Source: an uncultured delta proteobacterium (GTDB lineage: Bacteria; Desulfobacterota; Binatia; Binatales; Binataceae). Taken from it: 64,000 nucleotides of DNA. The notes under the pieces were generated by a model. The model had not been told where the DNA came from and searched no databases. It saw only the letters and a list, made by a program, of their open reading frames with translations. The DNA is taken from the NCBI GenBank assembly GCA_963724765.1, contig CAVRVY010000004.1:64001-128000 (forward strand), read 5' to 3'. The translations under genes and the position numbers were made by a program. Below are positions 29,008 to 39,333 of the stretch, piece after piece. Position 1 is the first letter of the stretch. Each line of letters starts with the position of its first letter.

Positions 29008-30135
29008 CTAGGCGACGGCCGGCGAGGCCGAGCGAATGTACTGGTAGCGGGCCTTGAGCCGCAGGAACGGCGTCTCGAACCAGCGGTAGGAAATGGCCGA
29101 AATAACGATCGTCGCGCCGAGGCTGAGCGGTGGGCAGATCGACCATCTGAGCCATCCGGGCGCCGAGGCGAAAATAGCCAGCGTCATCAGGATCGCAGCC
29201 CCATGATAGACGTAAAGTCCGTATGAAATCCGCCCAAGATAGATAAGTCGCGGATTGTCCATCCACGAGCCCGCGCCAATCGCCGCAAGTGTAAATGCGC
29301 CGCATCCGATCGCTACCGCGGGAAAAGCTACTATAAAGTCGATTGGAGCCGGAGTACTCGAGTGGTAGAGGCAAAATCCGGCGAACGCCCAGAGATCGGC
29401 ACCGATGATGACGAGTTTTCGACGCGAGATTCTCAGCTTTGGCTCCGTTGATCCGCCGAGAAACGACGATAGCAGCATGCCGCATGCGATCGGGTCGAGC
29501 CGGCAAAACGTACCGATCTCAATCAAGTGAACTGAGAATCCTTCCCGGATCATCAGCCATCGGCTGCAGATAGAGAACAGCCAGATTACGATCCCCGCAA
29601 TGGCGACTCCACGGCGCGAAAGATATCGCGCGATCAATGGCCACGTGATGTAGAACTGTTCTTCAACGCAGACGCTCCACAGCGGAACCATCGCCAGACC
29701 GGGTGTGAGCCCGATCACAGCCAACGCGAAATTCCCGATGAACACCGCGAAACAAGCGAAGAACTTCCATCCGATCTGAAGTACAGGAAAGAGCCTTGAA
29801 GCGACAAAGAACGCAGCGATGAATCCGAAGTACAGCGGCCAGATTCTCAAGATGCGCCGCACGTAAAACGCACGTACGTCAAGCCGTCCGAACCGCTCCT
29901 TCTCGCGCATCAGCAGTTCAGTGATTAGATACGCGCTCAGCGTGAAAAACAGGTCCACCCCGAAACCGCCAATGTTGGACAGCACGTTTCCATATCCCAT
30001 TTCGTGAACAATGTGGCAGACGAAGACTCCGAAAAAGGCGAAGAAACGGAGGCTATCCAGTTCGGGAAGGTAGAAGCGCGCGGCTTCCGGCTGTGATTGC
30101 GGAGCTTCTAAATGCTCTGTAAGCGCACTAACCAC
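29008..30135 (-). CDS. Acyltransferase family 3 (OafA-like) membrane protein
   Basis: LDSLRFFA, GVDLFFTLSAYLIT, FYVRRILRIWPLY, WSVCVEEQFY, GRISYGLYVYH. Confidence 0.93.
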   Translation of the reverse strand: MVSALTEHLEAPQSQPEAARFYLPELDSLRFFAFFGVFVCHIVHEMGYGNVLSNIGGFGVDLFFTLSAYLITELLMREKERFGRLDVRAFYVRRILRIWPLYFGFIAAFFVASRLFPVLQIGWKFFACFAVFIGNFALAVIGLTPGLAMVPLWSVCVEEQFYITWPLIARYLSRRGVAIAGIVIWLFSICSRWLMIREGFSVHLIEIGTFCRLDPIACGMLLSSFLGGSTEPKLRISRRKLVIIGADLWAFAGFCLYHSSTPAPIDFIVAFPAVAIGCGAFTLAAIGAGSWMDNPRLIYLGRISYGLYVYHGAAILMTLAIFASAPGWLRWSICPPLSLGATIVISAISYRWFETPFLRLKARYQYIRSASPAVA

Positions 30136-30249
30136 AGCTTGCAGTGTTACAGTTGGATACGGCTAGGCGCAACCGCCTTTGCGTCCACCTTGGATTGAGC
30201 AGCCGTTAAGCTTCCGACCCCGGCATCCGAAGCAACACGGAAAAAGAGC

Positions 30250-32544
30250 TCAGGCCGCCGCAGTACGCGGCTGAAGTTGCCAGTGGGGTACGGCCCTGGT
30301 CAGTGCGATGCGTGATAGTTGATCGGAAAGCTCGCCGGCCAGGACCACCAGGCGGCGATAGGTCTCGATGTCGGCTAGCAGAGTTCGCCGCGAGGCGAGT
30401 GGCCACGATGAAATGGCGCTGAAATTGTCGCTCGCGATCTGTTGATGAAGATTGTCCAACAGCGCTCGAGCAGCGTCCTCGTGCCACGCCCTGAGCGTTG
30501 CGCCGCCGGCGGCGCGGCGCCTTACGTAATCGAGACATGCCTCGAACTGGGCTCGCAAGGCGGAGTCAATCGCGTCGCGCGCGCTCTGCAACTGCGGCGG
30601 GAGCGCGGGCATCTCCTGCGAGTTGCGTCCGGCTGCGACGCTGCCCAGCCGATGCGCAATGCGTCTCAGAGTGCCGACCGCGTCGACCACCGCGTCCGGG
30701 TCGAAGCCGCTGCGGCCGCCTTCGATTCGCGCATCGTCGGCGACCGACAGAAGTTCGCCCAGGGTCCGGGAGCAATCTATCTCTATCGACTCGGTCTGGC
30801 TCTCGTTGGGAGCGCGCCCGCCACGCGGCATCAATGACAGGATCATCTCGAGCATCTTTTCCAGCCGCGGAACCATCGCTTCACCCGCATACTCTGGCCA
30901 CAGCACGATGAACACGATCGCCACGACGATCACGCCAAGAAAGACGCCCCACAGCCGCCACAACGCTTCGTATTCTCTGACGCTGGGCGACAACCCCGCG
31001 AACAGCAGGCAGAAGGTGACGCCAGCCTGCTTGCCGGGATAGCTCAGGCGTCCACCGCTCAGTCCTAGGTAGGCGCAAGGCATGAGCGCGATGAAGCACA
31101 CGGCCATATAGGTCACGATGGTCTCGAAATTCGGCGAGACCACGATTATCGCCGCGAGTCCCAGAACGCCGCCGAGCATGCCGCCGACGAAGCGCAGGAT
31201 CATCTTTCGCATCGAGGCGCCGTACGTCGGCAGACCGGTGATCATCACGGTCCACAAAATCGTTGTCAGATCGCTGCGATGCGTGGTCACTCCGACCACG
31301 AATGCCAGCGCGACCGCGGCGGCAAGCTTGAGACAGTAGCGCATGCGCGCCGGATCGATCCGGGCTCCCACCGGATCTGAATCGGGCCGGGCGGCTCTGC
31401 GGGCGGCTGCGGCCAGCGGAATTGGAGTGTGAATGAAAAGCCGGGCGATGCGCTGCAAGCCCAGGACGAAGGCGCTCAGATTGCTCAGTTCGTCGGGCCG
31501 CGTGTCGACGATGAACTGCGACTGAAGCTCACCGACGCGCCGATTGTAGACTTCCAGCATCGAGTAGATGGGTCCCGCGGCGTCGGGCATCGTCTCTTCC
31601 GCCTGATCGAGCCCGCCTGCGAGCAGCCCTTCATCAATCACCAGCGCCGCATCGATCGCGTCGAGTATTGCCTGCAACTGCGGCTTGAACATCTCGCGAA
31701 TCCGATGCGGCAGCGATTCGCGTGCGATCGACAGCAGGCGTTCCACTTCCAGCCTCATCCTCTCACTGACGCTGACCGCGGCCAGCAGCCGGGCGTGGCG
31801 CAGCGGGCTCAGGTTCTCGCGATTGGCGCGCTCGAGCAGGGCCAGATGCGCGCTCATCGCGCCATGCATCGACGGTTGCGGCAGCTCTTTCGCGCCCGTC
31901 GTATCGAGGTAGGCGCTGCCTGTGGCCGCAAGGCGTTCGCGGGTTCTCTCCGCACTGGCGGCCAGCAAATGCAGCAAATGCCGCTCGGCGGGGTCGGGCC
32001 AGAGCACGTTGTCGAAGAGCATGATGACTGAGTAGCCGACCAACCCGGCGGAGAAAGCGTACGCCACCGACCAGCCGAAGCCCGCCGGGTCGAACACCAC
32101 GACCCAGAACGAGCTGAGAATAAAAATCTGCGCCATCCTCCAGCCGTCGGTGAGTTGCGCGTCGCTCAGCAGGTAAGTCGATGCCGCGGCGGCAATCGCA
32201 AAGAACGCGACGAGCATCCAGGGCGCCTCTACCAGCACGCCGGCCAGCGGGACCGAGGCCGCGAGCCCGACGCCCATGACGGCGATGAGCATGGCTCCGT
32301 TCGCCGGCAGCATCATCGCGGCTGGAGCGGAAATGATCGACCACAGGAGGTAGATACCCAGTTCGGTATCGATGTGCATCGCGGCCATCAGGCCGGCTCC
32401 CAGAGCCGTGATGAGAGCGGTGCGGACGGAAGCTCGAAGGCGGCCGGGCCTTGGGCTGAGTTCCTGGCTCAGAAAAGGGACGAACCGATCGAGCCGCGTC
32501 TCAAGCGCGCTCAGCAGACGCAGCGCTGCGTTGGCGATGCTCAG
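30250..32544 (-). CDS. FUSC family (MdtO/AaeB-like) inner-membrane efflux component
   Basis: ELSPRPGRL N-terminus, two hydrophobic blocks; start codon uncertain, placed at the overlap with the hlyD-like stop. Confidence 0.85.
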   Translation of the reverse strand: MSIANAALRLLSALETRLDRFVPFLSQELSPRPGRLRASVRTALITALGAGLMAAMHIDTELGIYLLWSIISAPAAMMLPANGAMLIAVMGVGLAASVPLAGVLVEAPWMLVAFFAIAAAASTYLLSDAQLTDGWRMAQIFILSSFWVVVFDPAGFGWSVAYAFSAGLVGYSVIMLFDNVLWPDPAERHLLHLLAASAERTRERLAATGSAYLDTTGAKELPQPSMHGAMSAHLALLERANRENLSPLRHARLLAAVSVSERMRLEVERLLSIARESLPHRIREMFKPQLQAILDAIDAALVIDEGLLAGGLDQAEETMPDAAGPIYSMLEVYNRRVGELQSQFIVDTRPDELSNLSAFVLGLQRIARLFIHTPIPLAAAARRAARPDSDPVGARIDPARMRYCLKLAAAVALAFVVGVTTHRSDLTTILWTVMITGLPTYGASMRKMILRFVGGMLGGVLGLAAIIVVSPNFETIVTYMAVCFIALMPCAYLGLSGGRLSYPGKQAGVTFCLLFAGLSPSVREYEALWRLWGVFLGVIVVAIVFIVLWPEYAGEAMVPRLEKMLEMILSLMPRGGRAPNESQTESIEIDCSRTLGELLSVADDARIEGGRSGFDPDAVVDAVGTLRRIAHRLGSVAAGRNSQEMPALPPQLQSARDAIDSALRAQFEACLDYVRRRAAGGATLRAWHEDAARALLDNLHQQIASDNFSAISSWPLASRRTLLADIETYRRLVVLAGELSDQLSRIALTRAVPHWQLQPRTAAA

Positions 32545-33575
32545 CGGAAGCCCTGGATTGTGACGACCGCCGTCTGACCCATCCGAAACGGCCGCTCGGG
32601 GTCGCGATTTTCGAGCACGATACGGACCGGGAAGCGTTGCGAGAGCCGCACCCAGTTCAGCGTCGGTTCGACCTGCGGCAATCCGGCTATGGTGGCGCCA
32701 TTTTCCTGGTAGAGCGCCCATCCCGCTTCTTCCACGCGGCCCGCAAAGCGCCGGTTCGGATAGCTCAGCAAGTAGACCTCGACGCGCATACCGGGACGGA
32801 TGTGATCGAGGAAGTTCTCGCGAAAGTTCGCCATCACGTACCACATGCGATTGTCGACCAGGCTCACGACCTGCCGGCCTTCGTTGGCGTACTGGCCGAC
32901 CGCGATGTTGAGATTGGTGACGTAAGCGTCGAAGGGCGCGCGCACGTAGCAGTACTGCACATTGAGTTTGGCGTAGTACAGGGCCGCTTGCGCCGCCTTG
33001 CGCCGCGCGTTGAAGTCGCCGTACTGGCCGAGTTCGTTTTGCGACCTGCGCACGTCGTTATGGGCGCTCTCGACCGCCGCCTGGGCCGCCGCAAGGCGGC
33101 TTCGCGCGTTGAAGACGTCATTGGCCGTGACGAAATGCCGGGCGAGCAGCGGAACGATACGGTTGAGATACTGCTTGTCGTAGGCGGCGTCGGCTTCGAG
33201 CTGTTGCTGGCGCGCCTGGTTGGAATGGATCGCGTCCTGGAGCGCGTCTATCTGGAGATTGGTCAACGCGAGGCTTGCCTCGGCGCGTTCGAGCGCCGCC
33301 TGGTACGGCCGCGGATCGACCACGAAGAGCAGCGCGCCTTTGGCTACGTGCTGGTTGTCGTGAATTGGCAGTTCGACGATCGGGCCGCTCACGTGCGGCG
33401 CGATGCCGACGACGTTGGCCCGCACGTAAGCGTCGTCGGTGCGCGGGTAAATGTAGTACAGGCGCAGAACGTAGAGGCCGACTACGATCGCGCTGACGAC
33501 GATTGAGAGGCCGACGATGCGGCCTGCCACGTGCAGAATCCTCGAGCTTTCCGCGAGTGCTTCGTCGTCCGCCAT
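32541..33575 (-). CDS. HlyD/MdtN-family membrane fusion protein
   Basis: PRTDDAYVRA..V.IAP.VSG, APFDA.V.N, ANFRE, WVRLSQRFPVRI. Confidence 0.93.
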   Translation of the reverse strand: MADDEALAESSRILHVAGRIVGLSIVVSAIVVGLYVLRLYYIYPRTDDAYVRANVVGIAPHVSGPIVELPIHDNQHVAKGALLFVVDPRPYQAALERAEASLALTNLQIDALQDAIHSNQARQQQLEADAAYDKQYLNRIVPLLARHFVTANDVFNARSRLAAAQAAVESAHNDVRRSQNELGQYGDFNARRKAAQAALYYAKLNVQYCYVRAPFDAYVTNLNIAVGQYANEGRQVVSLVDNRMWYVMANFRENFLDHIRPGMRVEVYLLSYPNRRFAGRVEEAGWALYQENGATIAGLPQVEPTLNWVRLSQRFPVRIVLENRDPERPFRMGQTAVVTIQGFR

Positions 33576-33585
33576 CAGTCCGCGC

Positions 33586-33858
33586 TCAAATGCGGTTGAA
33601 GAAAATCATCCAGACTACGCAGGACAGCAGCAGGGCGAGGCATGGATACACGACCGTCAATGGTCCGAGGTAAGGTTCGATATGGGTCGCGGCGAACAGT
33701 GTCCGCAGGGCCGCTGCGAGAGCGACGCCCACGATCACGCAAATCAGCCAGGACGGAAAATCCGCGCCGGCGATATCGACCACCGGGTCGCAGCCGGCGC
33801 ACAGCAGCGCCGCAAACGTCAGCGCCGCGAGCGGAAGATGACAGACTCTTGGATGCAA
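33586..33858 (-). CDS. YtcA-family lipoprotein
   Basis: LCAGC lipobox, IAGADFPSWLIC, LTVVYP; sits directly upstream of the hlyD-like gene as ytcA does with mdtN. Confidence 0.85.
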   Translation of the reverse strand: MHPRVCHLPLAALTFAALLCAGCDPVVDIAGADFPSWLICVIVGVALAAALRTLFAATHIEPYLGPLTVVYPCLALLLSCVVWMIFFNRI

Positions 33859-33878
33859 GTTATTAATGACACATTACA

Positions 33879-35207
33879 CTAGTAGGGATTCGCGATAGGC
33901 AATTCCTGCGCCGGGAACAGCGTTATCACCTTGCATCCCTCGGGCGTGACTACCAGTTCCTCTTCGATCCGCGCGGCCGAGAATCCGTCGCTCGCCGGGC
34001 AATAGGTCTCCAGCGCGAACACCATCCCGGCCTTGATTTCGGCGGGCTGCTTGAGCGAGTTCAGCCGGCTGATGAGCGGGCGCTCGTGCAGTGCGAGACC
34101 GAGGCCATGCGCGAACTGCAACCCGAAAGCGGCAAGCTCGCTCTCGAAGCCGAACTCCTCGGCCTTGGGTAAAGCCTTGGCGACGTCGTCGCTGCTCGCT
34201 CCGGGCTTGACCAGCGCCATCGTGCGATCCATCCATTCGCGCGCCTGCGTGTACGCGTCGCGCTGCGCCGCGGTGGCGCGGCCGACGTTGAAGGTGCGGT
34301 AGTAGCAGGTCCGGTAACCGGTGTAGGACTGGATGATATCGAAGAAGGCCTGGTCGCCGGGCCGGATGATGCGATCGGTAAAGTTATGCGGATGGGGGCT
34401 GCAGCGCTCACCGCTGATCGCGTTTATCGCTTCGACGTCATCCGACCCTAGCTGGTAGAGCATGCGGCTGGCTTCGGCGACGAGATCGGATTCGCGCACT
34501 CCCGGTTTCAATTTTTCCCACAGCATGTGATAAACCCCATCGACCATCGCCGAGGCGGTGTTGAGCAGCATGATCTCATCGATGCTCTTGAGCTCGCGCG
34601 CTTCCAGCATCACCTGCTGACAATCGCGGACCTCCAGCCCCGCGCGCTGCAACTCGAACAGCATCGCCGGTTCCACCAGGTCCAGGCCAAGCGGCATCCG
34701 CTCGACCCCGTGCTCCTTGAGCAGCGACTTGATCTCCTCCGCATGCATCCGCATCAGGCCCGACTCTGGCGGTATGGCCCCGCGCAGTCCGGGCATCCCG
34801 GCCCGGCAATGGTCGTGCGGCAGCCACGGCGAATACAACTGGTGATGCTTTACCGCCGAGCCGAAGTCCCAGACGTAGGGCTCGGCGTCGCCGGCCAGCA
34901 GGGCGAAGCGAATCATCTTGTCGCGCGCCCACTCGCCAATCACGGTGCTGGTAAGGTAACGGATGTTGTTGGTGTCGAAGCACAGTATCGCTCCGAGATC
35001 AGAGTGGCCAAGCGCCTGGCGCGCGCGCGCCAGCCGATAATCGTGCAGCCGGCGGAAATTTACCCGCTCTTCGAAGTCGACCGCGCGCTGGCCGGGAGCC
35101 GCCAGCGCGCGCTTCCAGTTGTAATGCGGATCCAGCGCGGCGGCGCGCCTGGTATCCACAACCTCGCTGGCCTTGACGATTTTGGGCTGGGTCCTGGCAG
35201 TAGCCAT
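33879..35207 (-). CDS. Xaa-Pro aminopeptidase (M24) family protein
   Basis: NNIRYLT, LKSIDEI, HGLGLALHE.P, GMVFALETY, ARIEEE. Confidence 0.9.
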   Translation of the reverse strand: MATARTQPKIVKASEVVDTRRAAALDPHYNWKRALAAPGQRAVDFEERVNFRRLHDYRLARARQALGHSDLGAILCFDTNNIRYLTSTVIGEWARDKMIRFALLAGDAEPYVWDFGSAVKHHQLYSPWLPHDHCRAGMPGLRGAIPPESGLMRMHAEEIKSLLKEHGVERMPLGLDLVEPAMLFELQRAGLEVRDCQQVMLEARELKSIDEIMLLNTASAMVDGVYHMLWEKLKPGVRESDLVAEASRMLYQLGSDDVEAINAISGERCSPHPHNFTDRIIRPGDQAFFDIIQSYTGYRTCYYRTFNVGRATAAQRDAYTQAREWMDRTMALVKPGASSDDVAKALPKAEEFGFESELAAFGLQFAHGLGLALHERPLISRLNSLKQPAEIKAGMVFALETYCPASDGFSAARIEEELVVTPEGCKVITLFPAQELPIANPY

Positions 35208-35372
35208 GGTCCGAATCCTCACGCAGCTGGCAGATTCCTGCGTTGGTCCTTGTGCATCCGCACGCTGGTCACGTCAGTGGAGTTTCGCCTGGATGCATTT
35301 CCCCTTGGATGCCTGTGCCGCAAAAGATACGGGTAAGATTGTTCGCAAACGCACGCGGAGTCAATTCGCAGC

Positions 35373-36887
35373 ATGCCCATTTCGAGCTATTTCAGAAGAG
35401 CGCTACTCTTTGGCATTGGTATCGGCGTCCTCGCGGGTCTGGCCGGATGCGCGCGGCTGGCTGAGCAGCCCGAGGTCAATCCGGATCGATGGGCTCCCTC
35501 CAGCGCCATTCGCATCTGGACCCCGTCGCCGGCGTCAGCGGGCGACTATCGGATGCCAAGCGAACCGCAGCCAGTGCCGGGTGCGGTCGCGCCGGCGCGC
35601 GCGCAGCCCTCCGGGCTGGAGCCCGTGCATCGGGAAGGCCAGCCCTACGATTTGTCCGCGTTGCTCGACCTGGCGCTGCGCGAAAACCCCGACACGCGGT
35701 TCGCCTGGGAGTCGGCGCGCCAGGCGGCCGCGAATTTTGGCGCGGCCCGCGCGCCGTACTATCCGCTGGTGAGCGCCAACTCGGCCAACGGTTACACGCG
35801 AACGCTGTTCCCGCTGCCCGGCGGGCAGATTGCTCAATACAAGGTATGGCAAGCCGAGCCCCTGGTGCAGATGACTTACACACTGTTGGACTTTGGCCGC
35901 CGCAGCTCGGCCGCGGAGGCTGCGCGCCAGACGCTGGCCGCGGCCAATTTCAGTTTCGACCGCAAGATGCAGGACGTGGTCTTCGGAGTGCAACGCGCGT
36001 ACTACGCGCTCTGCGCGGCCAAGGCCGCGGTGACCGCGGCGCGCCAGAATCTCGAGCTCGCGCAATCCGACTTCGACGCCGTACAACAGCGCCTTAATCT
36101 TGGCCTCGCCACCGAGCCCGCGCTGCTGCTCGCCAGGGAGCGTGTCGCGCAGTCGCAATACGACGTCGCCAACGCCGAGTTGATGGTGCACGACGCACAG
36201 GCCGGCCTGGCCGCCGCGATCGGCATTTCGGCTAATCCGCCAATCGAGGTGGCGAGCTTCGAGAACGAGGCGGTGCCGACCGCGCTCAACGGCCAGGTCG
36301 ACGAACTCATCGCGGCCACCATGAAGCAGCGTCCCGACCTGGCGGCCAAGATCGCAGGGCTACGCGCGAGCGAGGCGCGGGTCGCCCTGGCCAAGGCGGC
36401 CTGGTATCCGACCGTCGACCTGAGCGCGAACTACGGCCAGCTCATCTGGCGCTACACATTCGCCGGACCGCCGAACACCTGGGCCAATCAGCCGCAATAT
36501 TCGGCGCTGGTCACGCTGCAGTGGGACGTGTTTACGGGACTCAAGCGGCTCAATGACGTGAGAGCGGCCGAGGCGGAGGACGAGGCGACGCGCGCGGGTG
36601 TCAAATCGGCGGAAATCGGCGCGATCGCCGAGATGTGGCGCGCCTACTATGAGTTTCAATCGTCGCTCAAGAAATACTCGTACGGGCAGGCGCTGCTCGC
36701 GGCGGCTCAGGAAGCCTACGACGCCAACATCGAGACCTATCGGCAGGGCCTCAGTACAATCGTTGAACTGTTGACCGCGCAGCGCGACCTCGCCAACGCG
36801 CGCTATACTCTGATTCAGAGCAGGGCAGACTTGCTGACGTCGTATGCCGCGGTAGCCTATGCGGCTGGAGCAGTGCGGATGCCTTGA
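35373..36887 (+). CDS. TolC-family outer-membrane efflux lipoprotein
   Basis: LAGC lipobox, LALRENPDTR, RPDL, YRQGLSTIVELLTAQ. Confidence 0.92.
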   Translation: MPISSYFRRALLFGIGIGVLAGLAGCARLAEQPEVNPDRWAPSSAIRIWTPSPASAGDYRMPSEPQPVPGAVAPARAQPSGLEPVHREGQPYDLSALLDLALRENPDTRFAWESARQAAANFGAARAPYYPLVSANSANGYTRTLFPLPGGQIAQYKVWQAEPLVQMTYTLLDFGRRSSAAEAARQTLAAANFSFDRKMQDVVFGVQRAYYALCAAKAAVTAARQNLELAQSDFDAVQQRLNLGLATEPALLLARERVAQSQYDVANAELMVHDAQAGLAAAIGISANPPIEVASFENEAVPTALNGQVDELIAATMKQRPDLAAKIAGLRASEARVALAKAAWYPTVDLSANYGQLIWRYTFAGPPNTWANQPQYSALVTLQWDVFTGLKRLNDVRAAEAEDEATRAGVKSAEIGAIAEMWRAYYEFQSSLKKYSYGQALLAAAQEAYDANIETYRQGLSTIVELLTAQRDLANARYTLIQSRADLLTSYAAVAYAAGAVRMP

Positions 36888-36898
36888 GCAGGCGAATG

Positions 36899-36926
36899 TT
36901 GACGCCGCGGGCAGAGTAGCTATAAC
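36899..36926 (+). promoter_or_regulatory. Possible sigma70 promoter of the selenoprotein gene
   Basis: TTGACG-N16-TATAAC, followed by GGAGG RBS. Confidence 0.5.
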
Positions 36927-36961
36927 CGAAAGAATCCGAAGCTGCATCGGATGGAGGTGGC

Positions 36962-37540
36962 GTGATGCGTGTCAAGGGAGTCCCACTTGAAGAGGCCGCA
37001 CCCAACGTGCAGGAACTCTATCGCAAACTCGCGGAGCGGTTCGGCCGGGTCGCGCTACCGCTGACCGCGCTTGCACACTGTCCCCAGGTGGCTGAGGCAT
37101 ACTCGGCGCTGGCCGGTGCGATCACACGGTCGCAAGTGGTCGAGCCGCGGCTCAAGACGCTCGCCTGCGTGCGCGCGGCGCAGATCGCGGGATGCCCCTT
37201 TTGAGTGGATATCAACTCTGCCGTGGGCAGAGAACAGGGGATCACTGACGCGCAGCTCGCCGAGCTGGCGAACTTCGAAGACAGCACGCACTTCAACGCG
37301 CTGGAAAAAACCGTCCTGCGCTATACCGAAGGGATGACGCACAATCCGGCGGAGGTCGCGGACCCGGTTTTCGAGGAATTAAAGCAATACTTTAATACCG
37401 CGCAGATCGTCGAATTGACCTCGATGATCGCGTTCGAAAATCTTAGAGCGCGTTTCAACCGCGCCTTGCATATCGAGAGCGACGGCTTCTGCGAGTTGCC
37501 GGCGGACCATCCGGTTCGTAAGGCGGTACCGGGCTGGTAA
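36962..37540 (+). CDS. AhpD/carboxymuconolactone decarboxylase-like selenoprotein (CPFU), in-frame UGA at 37202-37204
   Basis: ORFs 36962-37204 and 37205-37540 are contiguous in one frame; the joined sequence AAQIAGCPF-U-VDINSA occupies the AhpD CxxC site; SECIS-like hairpin follows. Confidence 0.88.
37205..37246 (+). promoter_or_regulatory. Bacterial SECIS-like hairpin
   Basis: CTCTGCC-GTG-GGCAGAG (37216-37232) with a G-first apical loop 18 nt after UGA; lower stem GTG(G)AT/ATCAC. Confidence 0.8.
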
Positions 37541-37617
37541 GGGTCGTGAGTGAGGGTTTGCCGCGGTGTCCTTGCGCGGTGCGAACTCTCAATGCCGGTC
37601 TTCCGGCGATCGCTAAA

Positions 37618-38517
37618 TCACGCGGTCCGCTGACGTACGAACTCCCCGATCTTGTCGATGGCATCCTGGCCTTCGGGAAGAATCGGTGCGGCCAGATGCC
37701 ATACGTGAGGCATCTCGTCCCAGATCTGCAGGGTGACCTCGACGCCCGCCTCCTTGGCGCGATCGGCAAGACGGGTCGAATCGTCGAGCAGAGTCTCAGC
37801 GTTGCCGACCTGGATAAACAGCGGGGGAAGATCGTTGAGGTAGGCGTTGATCGGCGCGGCCAGCGGTTCGCGCAGGTTGCCGTTTTCGCCGACGTACATC
37901 TTCGCGATCCTCAGGATCATGTCGCGCGAGACCAGCGGATCCTGCGCTGCCCGGCTGGTCATCGACTCGCCCTCGGCCTCGAAATCGACCCACGGCGAGA
38001 TGCAAACGGCGGCGGCCGGCGCCGGCGTTCCGAGGTCGCGCACTGCGAGTAGCGTGGAAATCGCGAGCCCACCACCGGCGGAATCGCCCGCGAAGACGAT
38101 GCGCTCGGGCTTGCAGCCCTGCGCCAGGAGCCATCGATAGGCTGTGATCGCGTCGTCGACGGCGGCAGGAAACGGGTTCTCGGGTGCGAGACGATAGTCC
38201 AGCGCGAGGACTCGCGCCTGCGCGGCCTTGGATAGCCGCGCCATCAGCTCGCGATGGGTGTCGATCGAGCCCATCACGTAACCGCCGCCGTGCAGGTACA
38301 TGATGATCCGGTCGAGAGCCGCAGAGTTCGCGGTTATCCACTCCGCTTTGACACCGTTAGCGTTCACCCGCTCGCACTTGACCTCGCCGGCGCTGGGGAA
38401 GGCGGAGAACGCCGCAGCCATCGCGGCGCGCAGCTCCTGAGGGCTCTTGGCCTGCGCGGCGCCTTGCGCGAATGCCTTGTACTGCTCGAACACCTTTTGA
38501 AGCTGCGGACTGGCCAT
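37618..38517 (-). CDS. Alpha/beta hydrolase (HSL-family esterase)
   Basis: HGGGY, YRLAPENPFPAA, GDSAGG, E..PHVWH. Confidence 0.93.
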   Translation of the reverse strand: MASPQLQKVFEQYKAFAQGAAQAKSPQELRAAMAAAFSAFPSAGEVKCERVNANGVKAEWITANSAALDRIIMYLHGGGYVMGSIDTHRELMARLSKAAQARVLALDYRLAPENPFPAAVDDAITAYRWLLAQGCKPERIVFAGDSAGGGLAISTLLAVRDLGTPAPAAAVCISPWVDFEAEGESMTSRAAQDPLVSRDMILRIAKMYVGENGNLREPLAAPINAYLNDLPPLFIQVGNAETLLDDSTRLADRAKEAGVEVTLQIWDEMPHVWHLAAPILPEGQDAIDKIGEFVRQRTA

Positions 38518-38644
38518 CGGGGAATTTCTCCTTGGCTAAACTGACCGCCAGCCGGCGCGCGGACGCGGCCGGATGTCAGCGCGAGCGTAGTGCAGACGCG
38601 CTGGAGTGACAAGCCACGGCGCGGCGCGCCGAGGGCGACCTGCC

Positions 38645-39193
38645 CTAGCGCGAGGCCTGGCGCGCCGGCTCGCCGCGCTCTTGCAAGCTCGCGGAGTTAG
38701 CCGCTCCCTCGGTCGGCGCGCTCCAGACCAGGTGGCCATCCTCGTTGAAGATCTCGAAGCTCGATTTGCCGTTGGGCAACTGCACGAAGTTGGCGCGGTT
38801 GCGCCCGGTCTTGTCGACCAGGTGGATACTGGCCGAGTCGTCCAGCGGCACGTTGAGCCCGATGCGCACGCGGCCTTGGGCGTCGTAGAGGCCTACCGCC
38901 GATTCCCCGTCCGCCAACACACCCATCGCCAGCCTGCGCTTACCCGAGGTGGTGAGGAAACTCAGCCGCGCGAGGTCGTCGGGCGTGACGCTCAGCTCAG
39001 CGCGCTGGCGCCCCGAAGCGTCAACGAGTTGAATCTCCTGGGCGATTATGCGTTCGGCCGTAACCGTCCTCGGCTGCCGCGCTTCGGCGGCGACGACACT
39101 GCGGGGCGCAAAGAGCTGCCCCCACAGCATCGCGCCGAAAAAGCCTCCGCCGATCGCCATCGCCACGGTCATCCAGGGTTCACGAACCTTCAT
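38645..39193 (-). CDS. Exported hypothetical protein with about 23-aa beta-strand repeats
   Basis: N-terminal TM/signal; repeats of L.D..G..R..L; GGAGA RBS. Confidence 0.75.
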   Translation of the reverse strand: MKVREPWMTVAMAIGGGFFGAMLWGQLFAPRSVVAAEARQPRTVTAERIIAQEIQLVDASGRQRAELSVTPDDLARLSFLTTSGKRRLAMGVLADGESAVGLYDAQGRVRIGLNVPLDDSASIHLVDKTGRNRANFVQLPNGKSSFEIFNEDGHLVWSAPTEGAANSASLQERGEPARQASR

Positions 39194-39333
39194 CAGGAAT
39201 TCTCCCTTTAAGCTTCGAGCACGACCAGCAGCCGGGCCAGCCACAAGGGCAAGCGGCCGCGAAAATCCTGAGGCTCCTGCCCGCGGTGCCGCTCCGCGCG
39301 GCCGGTCGGGTTGAATCGTAGCAAGCGGAGGTT

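Noticed and set aside
37205-37540. Independent 111-aa gene starting at GTG
   Set aside because: No RBS; it is the C-terminal half of the UGA read-through protein
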